64,000 bases of DNA, from assembly GCA_000004985.1 (NCBI GenBank), contig GG738846.1. The stretch is one strand, 5' to 3'. Both the position numbers and the translations under genes were made by a program. The notes under the pieces are model-generated. The model had not been told where the DNA came from and did not search any database. It worked only from the letters and a program-made list of their open reading frames with translations. Positions 36,244 to 46,992 of the stretch are shown here, in pieces; position 1 is the stretch's first letter, and the number at the start of each line of letters is the position of its first letter. Source of the stretch: Naegleria gruberi (lineage: Eukaryota).

Positions 36244-36423
36244 AACAAGTGGATATTAAAATTGTGTAACGGTAACCTCTCTACTCTTTTCAAATCAATT
36301 CAATTAATATTAAAATTATTAAAATGTTCAACTCTTATCATTCCAAGTTATATTACAATTATTAAGGAATTTTAAAAAATTGGAGGTAAATTTTCTAATC
36401 ATTTCAAGTAAATTGTTTAAAAA

Positions 36424-36820
36424 ATGAGACAAAACTTTTGTAGAGCCATCCGCTCATTCGCTTCTTCATCTGCCCTCCGTAAGAATTTTACTTCATCCTC
36501 CTCTAGTAGTAGTTTCAAGATTTCAGGAGCAGCTTCATTCCTCACCACTTCACAACAACAAAATAATATAATGAATTATAGCTCATCGACAGCTATTCAA
36601 GCCATAACACAAGAAGGCGGAAAGAATAATAATTTGTCTGGTTTTAGAAATGTTAGATCGACAGGATTGGCTACCCAAGTACTTAGCTTGTGTGTATGCT
36701 CAGATGATGGTACGTAAGTGTCTGGTTTAATGATAATTTTAATATTTACATTCAAATAGATGATTGCTGATAAGTCTGCGGTTGTTTTTGCTCTTTGAGA
36801 GTTTAGGATACTTTGTAACG
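36424..36820 (+). CDS. Small hypothetical protein with a presequence-like S/A/R-rich N-terminus. Possibly two exons.
   Basis: ORF MRQNFCRAIRSFASSSALRKNF... is followed by a candidate intron (GTACGTAAGTG...TTCAAATAG) and a short terminal exon (MIADKSAVVFAL*). Weak support, no family assignment. Confidence 0.3.
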
Positions 36821-37128
36821 ATAATTTTGTTATTACTCTTTCCCTTTCATCTCTTTCCTACCATACTAAAGTAACAATATTGTTGTTGGACTATTAAAAT
36901 TATTTTCTTAATATTATTTATGTGTATACATTGGATTAATCGTTTGGAATTTTCTTGAATGTTTTAGTAATATAGCAATTATTAACATTTTGATGAAATT
37001 GATATCAATTCTTTCCGATTGCTTCCTAAATCTTTCTTTCTATCATTATTTAACATGTTAATACAATTAAAAGGAAATGATGATAAAAATCACATTATAT
37101 GTACAATTTAATAAGAGATATACATTGC

Positions 37129-37527
37129 TTATTGCAAAGTACCAGCATTGACCAATGAATCAGCAACACCCTTCAAGAATGAGTAAGCATTTGGATTCTT
37201 GTGTGGTTCAGAAAAACTACCAACAATGACAGCTGACTTCAAGACAACTCCTGATACGCCTTGCTTCTTTGTGGAAGAGAAACCTTGGAAGTTTTCTTCA
37301 TCAGCAACCAAACCCATATATTTGACACCACCCAAAGTAATACCAGTAGCAGGAACAGAAGATGGATTAGCAACTTGACCAGCCAAATTCTTAGCTTCTT
37401 GAGCAGTGACGGCCCAACCATCAGTAACACCCCAGATAGTACCATCTCTACCCATGATCAAACCCTTTTGGATCAAACCATTTGATGGAGCAACGAATTG
37501 AGAGTCAACGAAAGGAGTCCAAGACAT
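37129..37527 (-). CDS. Profilin.
   Basis: 132 aa. The N-terminal MSWTPFVD is the profilin MSWQ-type start. It has the central GRDGTIWG motif and the GGVKYMGL motif seen in Dictyostelium profilins (GGVKYMGI). Size and hydrophobic periodicity fit the family. Confidence 0.8.
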   Translation of the reverse strand: MSWTPFVDSQFVAPSNGLIQKGLIMGRDGTIWGVTDGWAVTAQEAKNLAGQVANPSSVPATGITLGGVKYMGLVADEENFQGFSSTKKQGVSGVVLKSAVIVGSFSEPHKNPNAYSFLKGVADSLVNAGTLQ

Positions 37528-37914
37528 TTTGTGTTAAATTATTTATATTTGAAATTAATAATACAATGCTGCTGCTGATGTGTACCTATTAAATAGGTTT
37601 GTTCATCATAATGGATTGACAGGTTTAATGTCTTGTCTTTCAAAAATTTAACATGTCGTGTAATGACAAGTGCCATTCAAGGAAATAAGGGGCTAAAATT
37701 GTATTGTGACTACGAATGTATTTACAATGAAAATCTTCTTTACAGTATTTGTGTGTTTAATATTGTATCTTTCATCAATAAGGTAGAAAATGTAAATCTC
37801 TTGATTGTAAACATCTATTTTCCAAATACATTTGAATACTCTTTAGGTTTTTATAATATTATAATAAATGTTAGTTAACTTTGAACTCAACATAATTACA
37901 AGCTTGCAATTCGA

Positions 37915-39512
37915 ATGGTCACAATGATGAACTTGGTTGGTTCCACAAAATTAAAAAAAATGTTCAACTATCAACCACACCAACCATCCATCAACTCCAA
38001 TACTAATAATACTAGTAGCACCATCACCACTCCACCACTCACTAATAATCCATCAATCTTTCCACCCATTCCTTCTTCTTCATCAACATTATGGAATACA
38101 ACTATCATGCCGCAACAGTATGGTCAGCATATGAATCAGATTCATCAAACTCTACTGCTCCATTACTTCTCGTTCCATATGATATGAGAATGAGTTCAAT
38201 GGATACAAGTTGTGGTAATAATTTGGAAAATTTGAATGAGGAAGATGGAATGATTGGTGTATGCACTGGAGAATTGAGTGAAAGTGAAGAATTTCCTTTC
38301 ATTCAATTGATTTTTAGAGATTCTGTCAGAATTGAAAGAATGATTATTGGAGCTTGTTCTCTTGATGTTTGGGGAAATGAATATTTGCAAGGTTGTCAAG
38401 TTCAATATCTTACAAAGGGCAATGAATGGCAACATTTGGCAATTATTTCATTGGATGGTGACAATCCAGATTGTGAAATTATTCTCAAATCACCAATTGA
38501 AACAAACTCAATTCGTGTCAAGACAGATTCTGAATATATTGGATTAGGAAAGTGGAAATGTTTTGGACAAGTAGTTGGTAATGTAACGAGAGGTTTAGAT
38601 ATAGAAAAGTTTCCACTCGATCAAAGTGGAACATCTTTTATTGACATGATTTCAATTCCATATAGAGTCAAGATGAGCTCCAAGTTTGCAAATACTGAGA
38701 ATACCTTTGCTTCACTCGTGGATGCTTCTGATTTATCAGTTGGTGCTGCTACAAATAATGATATCAATAGCTATATTGAAGCAGTGTTTTTGACACCTGC
38801 TCAACCTATTACTCATATTGCAATCAATTCACTTACAAAGAAGGATTGGGGTGTCAAGTATTCCCATAACCTTTTACTTGAATATTCTGATAATGGAGTT
38901 GATTGGAAGGTACTTCAAAAGTTGACTGATGTGCATGATAAATCGGCTCCTATTTCACTTGCACAGGCAGTTGTTTCAACTCATTGGAGAGTAAGGAGAG
39001 TTGAAGAAGGTTATGTAGCTTTGGGGTTGTTTAAATTCTACACATACCATCACATGTATAATGAATCGGTTGCTCCAAGTCAACCAACAATTTCCAAACC
39101 ACTCACCTATACTATTACCATGTCAGATGCCGATGAATCGTTAACAAATACTTATCAGTCATTACAAGACCCTTCTGGAAAATCTAGTGGAGCAGGCACT
39201 CTTGCTTCAAATAGTCCATTCATTCAAATCTCGTTTGATAGAGTGTACAAGTTGGTTTCATTGGATATTAGACCAATCAGAAAGCCAGATTGGGGCACAG
39301 CCTACTTGTCACCATGTTGTATCAAGTACTCTGAGAATGGTACTAAATGGTTTGATTCTGTATCTTTGAGTAATATCAGTCAAGAGTTGACCACCATTGT
39401 ATTGGATAATATATCTGCAAAGCATTTGAGAATTGTTAAGGAACCTAATGAAGAGGAAGAAGAAGAAGAGAGCTATATTGGAGTTGGTTCTTTAATTGTT
39501 CGTGGTTTTTAA
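37915..39512 (+). CDS. Protein with three tandem discoidin (F5/8 type C) domains, after an N/S/T-rich N-terminal exon.
   Basis: Three ~130 aa repeats each end in the discoidin-like Y/W-rich block: VQYLTKGNEWQHLAII, LEYSDNGVDWKVLQKL, IKYSENGTKWFDSVSL. The first exon 37915..~38090 (MVTMMNLVGSTKLKK...) is in a different frame from 38091..39512, which implies an intron near 38090-38200. Confidence 0.7.
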
Positions 39513-39570
39513 ATTCAAAAATCCAATTGTACAATATCAAATAAAGTTAAAAAACCTGACATGAGTTTTT

Positions 39571-40110
39571 CTAATTAAAAACTGTATCGATACACCTTTC
39601 CAATGAAATATCTTGTTTAAAATTTTTCATTTCTCTTCCTGCTGGTTCACTACATGCTGGTGAATTTCTTTCTGTTTCATTATTTGGTCTTAGCAGCCCA
39701 CAATATTGAGTCAGATGATTTAACATGTTTGTGGCTTCTGGAATTGGATTTATGGAAGCTTCTTCTCTTCTTCTAAGAGAAAGTGACAAATCTTGAGGAT
39801 AGATTGCCTTTTGGTGGTATCTTAATATTGTTTTACCATCAAAATCTGCCTTCAGTTCAATAGAAGACCACTCAGTATCATATTCCTCTGAATCTCTCCT
39901 CATATCGGTCACAGTATTTTTTATAAAGGTATAGGTACCAGCTGTTTTTGAATTTGGTTTTGCGAAAGAAAGTGCAGATAAACTTTTAAAGAGATTGAGA
40001 GAATCTCTCGAATGATTCCAATTACCCATCTTTCTAGCACTAATCTCACCATCCCAATTATTAATTGTTCCCTTCTTGAGTTCAGGTTTCTTATTTCCAG
40101 AAAATGTCAT
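39571..40110 (-). CDS. Hypothetical protein (179 aa).
   Basis: A single ORF converging on the discoidin-domain gene, 58 bp between stops. No recognisable domain. Confidence 0.4.
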   Translation of the reverse strand: MTFSGNKKPELKKGTINNWDGEISARKMGNWNHSRDSLNLFKSLSALSFAKPNSKTAGTYTFIKNTVTDMRRDSEEYDTEWSSIELKADFDGKTILRYHQKAIYPQDLSLSLRRREEASINPIPEATNMLNHLTQYCGLLRPNNETERNSPACSEPAGREMKNFKQDISLERCIDTVFN

Positions 40111-40195
40111 TGTAAACCTGTAAATAAACTCATCAAAATTTCCTCCAGGACGTCTCCTTCAATAATTTTTCCATTTTAATTGAAATTGTTAATAC

Positions 40196-40582
40196 CTACT
40201 CTAAAGCTTTAAAATAAACTTCCAAACTCAACTTGTGTGCACTTTTATACTTTTTAAATATTTTAGATTGACTATTTGTTTGCCAAATCATGAATGGCAC
40301 AGAAATCTTCTTTTTTGCCATAGCATCTTCCAATTCATCATAATCGATCATATTTTGCAAACAAGTATTAAACTTTTCATTACACCTCCGATTGATCAGA
40401 GATAAATTATTAAATGTTTGTGCATCAAGATGAGTACAAATTTCATAAAACACTTCATCATCCATTGTATCAAATTTGAGAGGAATAATTTCATCACTAT
40501 CTGATGATTCCTTCATCTTTTTTGATGACTTATTGACATCAGAGGAGGATGCTTGATTCTTTCTCTTGGTTTGTTTTGGCAT
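40196..40582 (-). CDS. Small basic/acidic protein with an F-box-like motif.
   Basis: An A-rich leader before the ATG. EVFYEICTHLDAQTFNNLSLINRRCNEKF resembles an F-box core. It shares a ~220 bp divergent promoter with the next gene. Confidence 0.4.
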   Translation of the reverse strand: MPKQTKRKNQASSSDVNKSSKKMKESSDSDEIIPLKFDTMDDEVFYEICTHLDAQTFNNLSLINRRCNEKFNTCLQNMIDYDELEDAMAKKKISVPFMIWQTNSQSKIFKKYKSAHKLSLEVYFKALE

Positions 40583-40740
40583 TTTTTTTACAATATGATT
40601 TTAAATATTTATTTTAAATATTTATTTTTAAACCGGTTTACACAACGACCCAAATGGTAAATGGCTGGCAAAAATCAAAGGCGACTTTTTTTTCGCCGCT
40701 TTATTTCTCCCATCCAGTACCAAACTGCTTGGGTGCAGAG

Positions 40741-40748
40741 TATAAATA
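40741..40748 (+). promoter_or_regulatory. TATA box (tataaata) ~55 bp upstream of the ATG at 40803.
   Basis: The only canonical TATAAATA in the 40583-40802 divergent promoter. It lies downstream of an imperfect GC-rich palindrome, ggcgac-t8-cgccgc. Confidence 0.5.
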
Positions 40749-40802
40749 AGAGACACAGCTGAGAGGAAGTAAAGAAACAAGCATAAAACAAATCATAAAA
40801 AA

Positions 40803-41201
40803 ATGTTCAACACTCAATTCATGAAAAAACTCCAAACCTTGTGGAATCAAGATGAAACCATTCCATCAACACTCAAATCTATAAATTTCAATGCCAATGT
40901 TGGTTATGGATATCAAGGAAAGGAAAATCCAGAAACTGTTTTGATTATCAAGGAAGGTACTGCTTCTGAAGCAAAGGTTTATGAAGGTGAAACTTTGGAT
41001 TGGGATATTAGATGTAGTGAAGACAATTGGGTGTATTATATGAAGAATGGAATGGGAATGACAACTTTGGGATCTGCTTACACAATGGGATGGATGAAAT
41101 TCCTTAAGGGAGACTACTTTAGTATGATTAAGAATCCAAGTATGATTGGACCATTTATTAAGAGTTTCGAATTGATGAGCAAGGTTTACAAGGACCAATA
41201 A
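40803..41201 (+). CDS. SCP2 sterol-carrier-like domain protein (132 aa).
   Basis: The C-terminal half (IRCSEDNWVYYMKNGMGMTTLGSAYTMGWMKFLKGDYFSMIKNPSM) follows the SCP2 pattern (...msdedf..l..Gkl.p..Afm.Gklki.Gdm...). Moderate similarity only. Confidence 0.5.
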   Translation: MFNTQFMKKLQTLWNQDETIPSTLKSINFNANVGYGYQGKENPETVLIIKEGTASEAKVYEGETLDWDIRCSEDNWVYYMKNGMGMTTLGSAYTMGWMKFLKGDYFSMIKNPSMIGPFIKSFELMSKVYKDQ

Positions 41202-41327
41202 GCCAATTTTTTAAAGCAATTTTGTACTATAAACAACTATTATTTTCTAATTGTTGGCATCTTGGTGTTATTTGAAAAGAGCATCTTTATTCAAATCTCA
41301 AATATATTACTATTTGAATTGACGCTG

Positions 41328-43548
41328 TTAGTGTTCGGTTGTAATATTAATAATACTGGAGAGTCTTTCAAAAGAAGTCTTGACAAGTAAAAGTTGTGAA
41401 TGACATTGTTGAAGGCTGGTCAATTGTTGTTTATCCTCATCTGAAATATAGTCGTGTGTTGGATCTTCATCGTCATCCATAAAGTTTTCAACCCTACTCA
41501 AAAGATTACTTGCTATAGAGCATAAAATATCTTGTAAACCAATAAACTTGTTCATGATAATGAGCATTTGTTCAACTTGGAGTCGTGTATTGACTTGAGT
41601 CTTTGCAAGGAAGGCCTTTTCAGCAATGCCAGTAAGGAAAGCGTAATGGGCAGCATTTAATTGATCCAAGTCCCCATCATTATCTCTCAAGTATTTGACA
41701 TCATGAATGAATTTATCCCAAGCACACTCCATTACTTCAAACATTAAATAGAATTGTAAACTCTTCAAAAATCTACTCATATCATGTCTCAATAGAATTG
41801 AAAAGTTCAAGGCATTTGATAATTGAGAAAGAACAGTAGTCTTCTTTCTGGGAATGGAACGAATGAGTTGGACAACCTTTTTCCAATTTTCATTGAGTGA
41901 TAGTTCTACTCGCTTAATATTCCACAAGAATTTAAATATCTTGTGGTAAACCTTCATAATAGGCTTTGCTAGTATTGTATCCAATGGAACTGTAATCTTA
42001 TAATCCAGATAGAAAACATCCCATCCATTTACATCGCTAGAATTTGTATTAGAATTTGATTTACCTTCAACCTTTAGTGCAACATCCAATCTATTTAGAA
42101 CATCTTGCTCATCGAATTGGGCATTTGAACCTCTGATTGCACTCTCTAGCAGACCAAGAAGGTCATGTTTGAAAATTGCATTGGAAGGCTTTTTCAAATC
42201 ATTGCTGTTATCAGTAATGTAAGATACATTATTCGTGAAAAACTTACTTTAGCAATTCAATTAAATGTTGAATAAAATCACCCTGGCCAAGTAAAAGATA
42301 TTGTTTGATGGCATGACAATGAAGTAAAAACTTGAATTGATCAAGCATTAAGTCGATTACTCTCTTGTTGGCAACTTTTGCTACACAATCAACAACATTT
42401 TCCAACTTGGAAATATTGTGGAATCCCAGTCCATCTGTAGATGACTTGGTTGATGAATCCATTGCCCATTCAGCATCTTTACAACATTGTCTGATAAAGT
42501 TAATGGTTTTACCAGTTCTCAAAATTTTTTCTGCCAATTGCTTGTCAATATAGAGAGGGACCATATCAACATCTATACTATATTTCAGTGCCCACAGTTT
42601 ATCAATGCCAATATTCGGGTTTGACTTGATAAAGAACTCTGCGTAAGGATCTTCTAATTCTCCATCAATAACCCAAGATTTTAACATTCTAAATATTGGA
42701 GAAGAGGTATGATCTAGAATTCTAACAAATAATTGTTGAACTAGTGGATCTCCATGTTTAAGGAAAGTGAAAATAGTGGAGATCAATATGCCCCCCTTTT
42801 TAAATTTACAAGAATCTGCCAATACAGCCAAATTTTTCATAATCTCTGTTGGTTCAATAGCCCATACAGCCAATCTTCTGAAAGTCACGGGTGTATTGGT
42901 ATTCTCTTGACTTTCAATATGTGTTTCGAGTGTAGATATTGTTTTGTAATAATCCACAAGTTCCTTGTCGATGGCTGCACATAAACTCTGCACAATCAAT
43001 CCATTTGAGGTGATATTCAATGTTCCAGAATCCACAAAACTTTTTACCTTTTTGTAGAGCCAACCTAATTCTGACAACTTGCTCATTAGTAGTCGAGTAG
43101 ATTTTGGTATTCCAATTTTTGTATCTACAATATATCGTTCGCTTCCAATATCAAATTTAATGTACTTTCCATCAATTCCTTGAAAGGTGTAAATGATGTC
43201 TCTTACCAGTACAGATTCGGCAATTTCAAATTTTGTATTTTCTTGCTCACTGTACGATTGTCTGTATTGTTCAAATGTTGATGATTTAGGCCTAATTTCC
43301 TGTGATTGAAGCATTCTTGGATTTTCTTGCCTTTGTGGTGTGGTAGAGTTGAGTTTGAATAAATTGTCTTGGAATGTCATATTTAAGGATGACACAGAAT
43401 TATCTTGTTGTAAATTGAAAATTCCTAGAGAATTGAGTAAATATACTAGATTGAATTTGTTTTGAATTACAGTTTTTGAATTGAGTTTGTGATATAATTG
43501 TGAGAATTGAAAAATTGTATCCGATTTGTTTTCTCTTGCAACTATCAA
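41328..43548 (-). CDS. Gamma-tubulin complex component (GCP/Spc97-Spc98 family), two exons.
   Basis: N-terminal GRIP1 region: ESVLVRDIIYTFQGIDGKYIKFD...LMSKLSELGWLYKKVKSF. C-terminal GRIP2 region: ECAWDKFIHDVKYLRDNDGDLDQLNAAHYAFLTGIAEKAFL. ORFs 42244..43548 and 41328..42197 are separated by a 46-nt intron-sized gap. Confidence 0.75.
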
Positions 43549-43582
43549 AATAAAAGATAAATATTGGGATTATTCAATGTAG

Positions 43583-43939
43583 CTACATACGTCTCTTCTT
43601 GATAGTTTCTGTGAGCAAAATTTGATCTTGTGTTTGAACAAGGGTCGGAGAAATCCTACTTGAAAGTAATGATGATAAAAATCTCAATTGCTTATTTACA
43701 TATTGTTCATACTCTTCATCGGTTTGCATTTTACTTTTGGGAATATTAATCTTGACCAGTTTTTTCAATAAACCAATCACTTGCTGAGATGAAAGTGAAG
43801 AAGAAAGAGAAGAGTGGTTCGATCCCATCATTGTATTATATTCTGATGATCCGGAAAGTTGTTGTTGTTGTATGATTGTATTATTGCTGCTAAAATTATT
43901 CGAGTTGTTGATTGTGGGCACATTTTGTCTTGGCATCAT
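43583..43939 (-). CDS. Small hypothetical N/S/Q-rich protein (118 aa).
   Basis: ORF with ATG at 43939. A GGCGCC motif sits 21 bp upstream. Confidence 0.4.
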   Translation of the reverse strand: MMPRQNVPTINNSNNFSSNNTIIQQQQLSGSSEYNTMMGSNHSSLSSSLSSQQVIGLLKKLVKINIPKSKMQTDEEYEQYVNKQLRFLSSLLSSRISPTLVQTQDQILLTETIKKRRM

Positions 43940-44126
43940 TTTTTTTTAAATTCAATTTTGGCGCCAAATATTATTTTAAATTTAATAAAAACAATTAATC
44001 AATCATTGATTTAACAATTTTTATTTCTGAGATAATTGTAAAAGATTAAATTCGGAAATCAACCGAAATTAATGAAGAACAAGAACTGTCACCAATCAAG
44101 TTTCCTTCAGTGAATTTTAAAAAAAA

Positions 44127-44820
44127 ATGGCTAAACACTTTCCTACTCAGTTTGGATCCACTTCTTCACGAGACGATTTTACTAACGATCTACACTTTGT
44201 AAAAGCATTCAAGAGGGAAGAAAAAAAAACACCATTATTCTGTGCGAATGATTTTCTCACATTACGAAATGGTGACGTTATTAAAATTAAAATTATTAAA
44301 GTATGTTGATGGATGAATTAATAATTCTAAACTAGAGTCGTACAGGGTGAGGAACTTGTAGTTTGTGATATAAATGGAAAGGCTGGTAAGTTTGGAATTT
44401 ATTGGTGTCAGTGTGTTTATCTTTTTGAAATTAATTTATGCAAATGGAATTACTTTGTTAGATCCATGGTAAGTTTGTAATTCATTGGTTAATGTTTATT
44501 TGGAATGAATTTGGAAAAGGTGTCAGATATATGTCAAGGGATTTAATGAAACACCCTCTACAAGTGTTGTTAAAAAGACTTTGAATCCTGTTTGGGATGA
44601 AAGTTTTTCATTTATAGTGACTGATAGTGAGCTTCTTTCTGTGGATATTGTATTTAGAGTGATGGATAGAGATATGTTTTCCGATGATTTTATGGGTCAA
44701 TCGGTTGTATATTTAACTAGGAAAGATTTTTCTCTGAATTGTTTCAAGAATTTCACTTTACCGTTGGTGGGTGTTGATCATGGATTGTTACACGTGTCAA
44801 TAGGTGTTTTTAGAGATTAA
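44127..44820 (+). CDS. C2-domain protein, four exons including a candidate 7-nt micro-exon.
   Basis: Exon 1 is 44127..44300 (...GDVIKIKIIK). Intron 44301..44343 (43 nt, GTATGTTGAT...GTACAG). Exon 2 is 44344..44384 (GEELVVCDINGKA). Intron 44385..44460. Micro-exon 44461..44467 (ATCCATG). Intron 44468..44518. Exon 4 is 44519..44820. Only with the micro-exon does the sequence read ...NGKADPWCQIYVKGFNETPSTSVVKKTLNPVWDESFSFIVTD...RVMDRDMFSDDFMGQ, a canonical C2 pattern (GKsDPYvkv...NPvWnE...D.D....D.iG). Direct splicing from 44384 to 44519 gives an in-frame TGA. Confidence 0.65.
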
Positions 44821-45401
44821 CAGATTATAGTTTTAGAAAATCATCCTTAATGTTAACTAATTTTACAAATACAACAATCTAACAATTTTAAGCAATATTT
44901 TATTAATACATTGGATGTAGATCAATTTGGCCTTCATCTGCAGAATCTGCCAAATTAAAGTATTTGGAAGCTGTATTAGGAGTACTCTTCATCATGGTCG
45001 TTCTCCTATTTTCACCAGCACTTGCTATGGAACTACTTGGGCTTGAACCTAGTTCTTCTTCGACAATGGTTTGGAAATCTTTTTGGTCAACCTGTATTCT
45101 TAATTGCTTCTTTTTAGGTATATCTTTTTTGTTAGGGATAACCTTATTCTTAGGTGTATTTTTTACAGAGGATTGATTTTGCCTAGTTGGTGGAGCAGAT
45201 GATGGCCTAGTACCTCTTTTCTCATTCTTTGGAAGAACGCTCTTATAGTAACCAACAACTCCAGCTGCCTTTTTCTTATTGAAATTATCTATTGGATGAG
45301 GATAAGAGTAGCCTTTTCCTTCCTTATTTACAACCATTGAATTTCTCTTTGTTTCCTCAGCAAATTCATCCAGCTCCTTATCAGGTAGAAACTCGTACTA
45401 T
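44600..45401. repeat. Segmental duplication copy 1 (~0.8 kb).
   Basis: Near-identical to 46182..46992, which starts immediately after the first N-gap. Only a few substitutions were seen, e.g. gctgtatTAggagt versus gctgtaCCaggagt. Confidence 0.85.
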
Positions 45402-45655
45402 TTGAATAATCAAAATCAATAACTTCATCTTGTTGTTCCATCTTTCTTCGTTGTTGATCCTCTCCCATTCTATTTAAACTCGATAGAACAGAAACCAAAG
45501 GTTTGGTTTTCATAACTGGTTCAACAAGACTGTTAGTCATTTATAAGAATACTATCAAAAACCCTTACTACTTACATTTCATCATCTTCTTCCACCAACA
45601 GTGGTTGCCAATTTTGCACTGCAGGGGCAACATATTCACTAGCTGGAGAAAACAT
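44903..45655 (-). CDS. Hypothetical basic Lys/Ser-rich protein, short paralogue (copy 1 of the duplicated segment), two exons.
   Basis: Exon 1 is 45655..~45575 (MFSPASEYVAPAVQNWQPLLVEEDDEM) with a GTAAGTAGTAAGG...CAAATAG intron. Exon 2 begins at 45401 (YEFLPDKELDEFAEETKRNSMVVNKEGKGYSYPHPIDNF...IDLHPMY*). Exon 2 is >98% identical to the 3' half of the 46494..47576 gene. Confidence 0.5.
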
Positions 45656-45872
45656 TTTTTTTAAATTTAAAAATGTAGATTTGAGGCGGGAAATTTTGGG
45701 CGCCAAACATTAATTGGTATATAAATAAAAAAAATGGTCAACAATCTGGTGCTTGTATCATAACAAAGTTGTTCTTCATTGGTTGATATTTCCTAATCCC
45801 AAAAGATAGCATTCATAACAATTGGTGGTATACCAGGGCGGAGTTTGTTTCAGGAATTATTAATCAAAAAAA

Positions 45873-46130
45873 ATGAAAGCCCCTGTCCTTGCTGTTTTCG
45901 TTCTGTTTTTGATGATGGTAATAGTTTCTGCTCGGAGCGCAGAAGGAAGAAGTAACAAACTATCATCTTCTCTTCTTCGTGATCGTAATATTGGTTACAA
46001 GAGAGATTTGGAAAAATTTCAAAGGAGAATTGACAGACTCAAAGAACAACTCGAGTTCTTTGCTGAAAGTGACAGTGAAGGTCTATCCGAAAGAGATTTC
46101 TTACGTAAATTTTACTTGTCAACTGGAGGT
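45873..46130 (+). CDS. Partial gene encoding a signal-peptide protein, truncated by the assembly gap.
   Basis: MKAPVLAVFVLFLMMVIVSARSAEG...QRRIDRLKEQLEFFAESDSEG runs into the N-run at 46131. A-rich leader (aaaaaaaatgaaag). Confidence 0.3.
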
Positions 46131-46181
46131 CNNNNNNNNNNNNNNNNNNNNNNNNNNNNNNNNNNNNNNNNNNNNNNNNNN
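46131..46181. other. Assembly gap (51 N).
   Basis: Run of n characters. Flanked on the right by sequence duplicating 44600 onward. Confidence 1.
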
Positions 46182-46992
46182 TTTGGGATGAAAGTTTTTC
46201 ATTTATAGTGACTGATAGTGAGCTTCTTTCTGTGGATATTGTATTTAGAGTGATGGATAGAGATATGTTNTCAGATGATTTTATGGGTCAATCGGTTGTA
46301 TATTTAACTAGGAAAGATTTTTCTCTGAATTGTTTCAAGAATTTCACTTTACCGTTGGTGGGTGTTGATCATGGATTGTTACACGTGTCAATAGGTGTTT
46401 TTAGAGATTAACAGATTATAGTTTTAGAAAATCATCCTTAATGTTAACTAATTTTACAAATACAACAATCTAACAATTTTAAGCAATATTTTATTAATAC
46501 ATTGGATGTAGATCAATTTGGCCTTCATCTGCAGAATCTGCCAAATTAAAGTATTTGGAAGCTGTACCAGGAGTACTCTTCATCATGGTCGTTCTCCTAT
46601 TTTCACCAGCACTTGCTATGGAACTACTTGGGCTTGAACCTAGTTCTTCTTCGACAATGGTTTGGAAATCTTTTTGGTCAACCTGTATTCTTAATTGCTT
46701 CTTTTTAGGTATATCTTTTTTGTTAGGGATAACCTTATTCTTAGGTGTATTTTTTACAGAGGATTGATTTTGCCTAGTTGGTGGAGCAGATGATGGCCTA
46801 GTACCTCTTTTCTCATTCTTTGGAAGAACGCTCTTATAGTAACCAACAACTCCAGCTGCCTTTTTCTTATTGAAATTATCTATTGGATGAGGATAAGAGT
46901 AGCCCTTTCCTTCCTTATTTACAACCATTGAATTTCTCTTTGTTTCCTCAGCAAATTCATCCAGCTCCTTATCAGGTAGAAACTCGTACATA
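46182..46992. repeat. Segmental duplication copy 2 (~0.8 kb), containing a second copy of the C2 gene's last exon (46182..46411, partial).
   Basis: It begins exactly at the gap edge. Identity with copy 1 ends at 46992/45401, where copy 2 continues as coding sequence (...DYMYEFLPDK) and copy 1 continues as intron (...caaatag|TACGAG). Confidence 0.85.
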
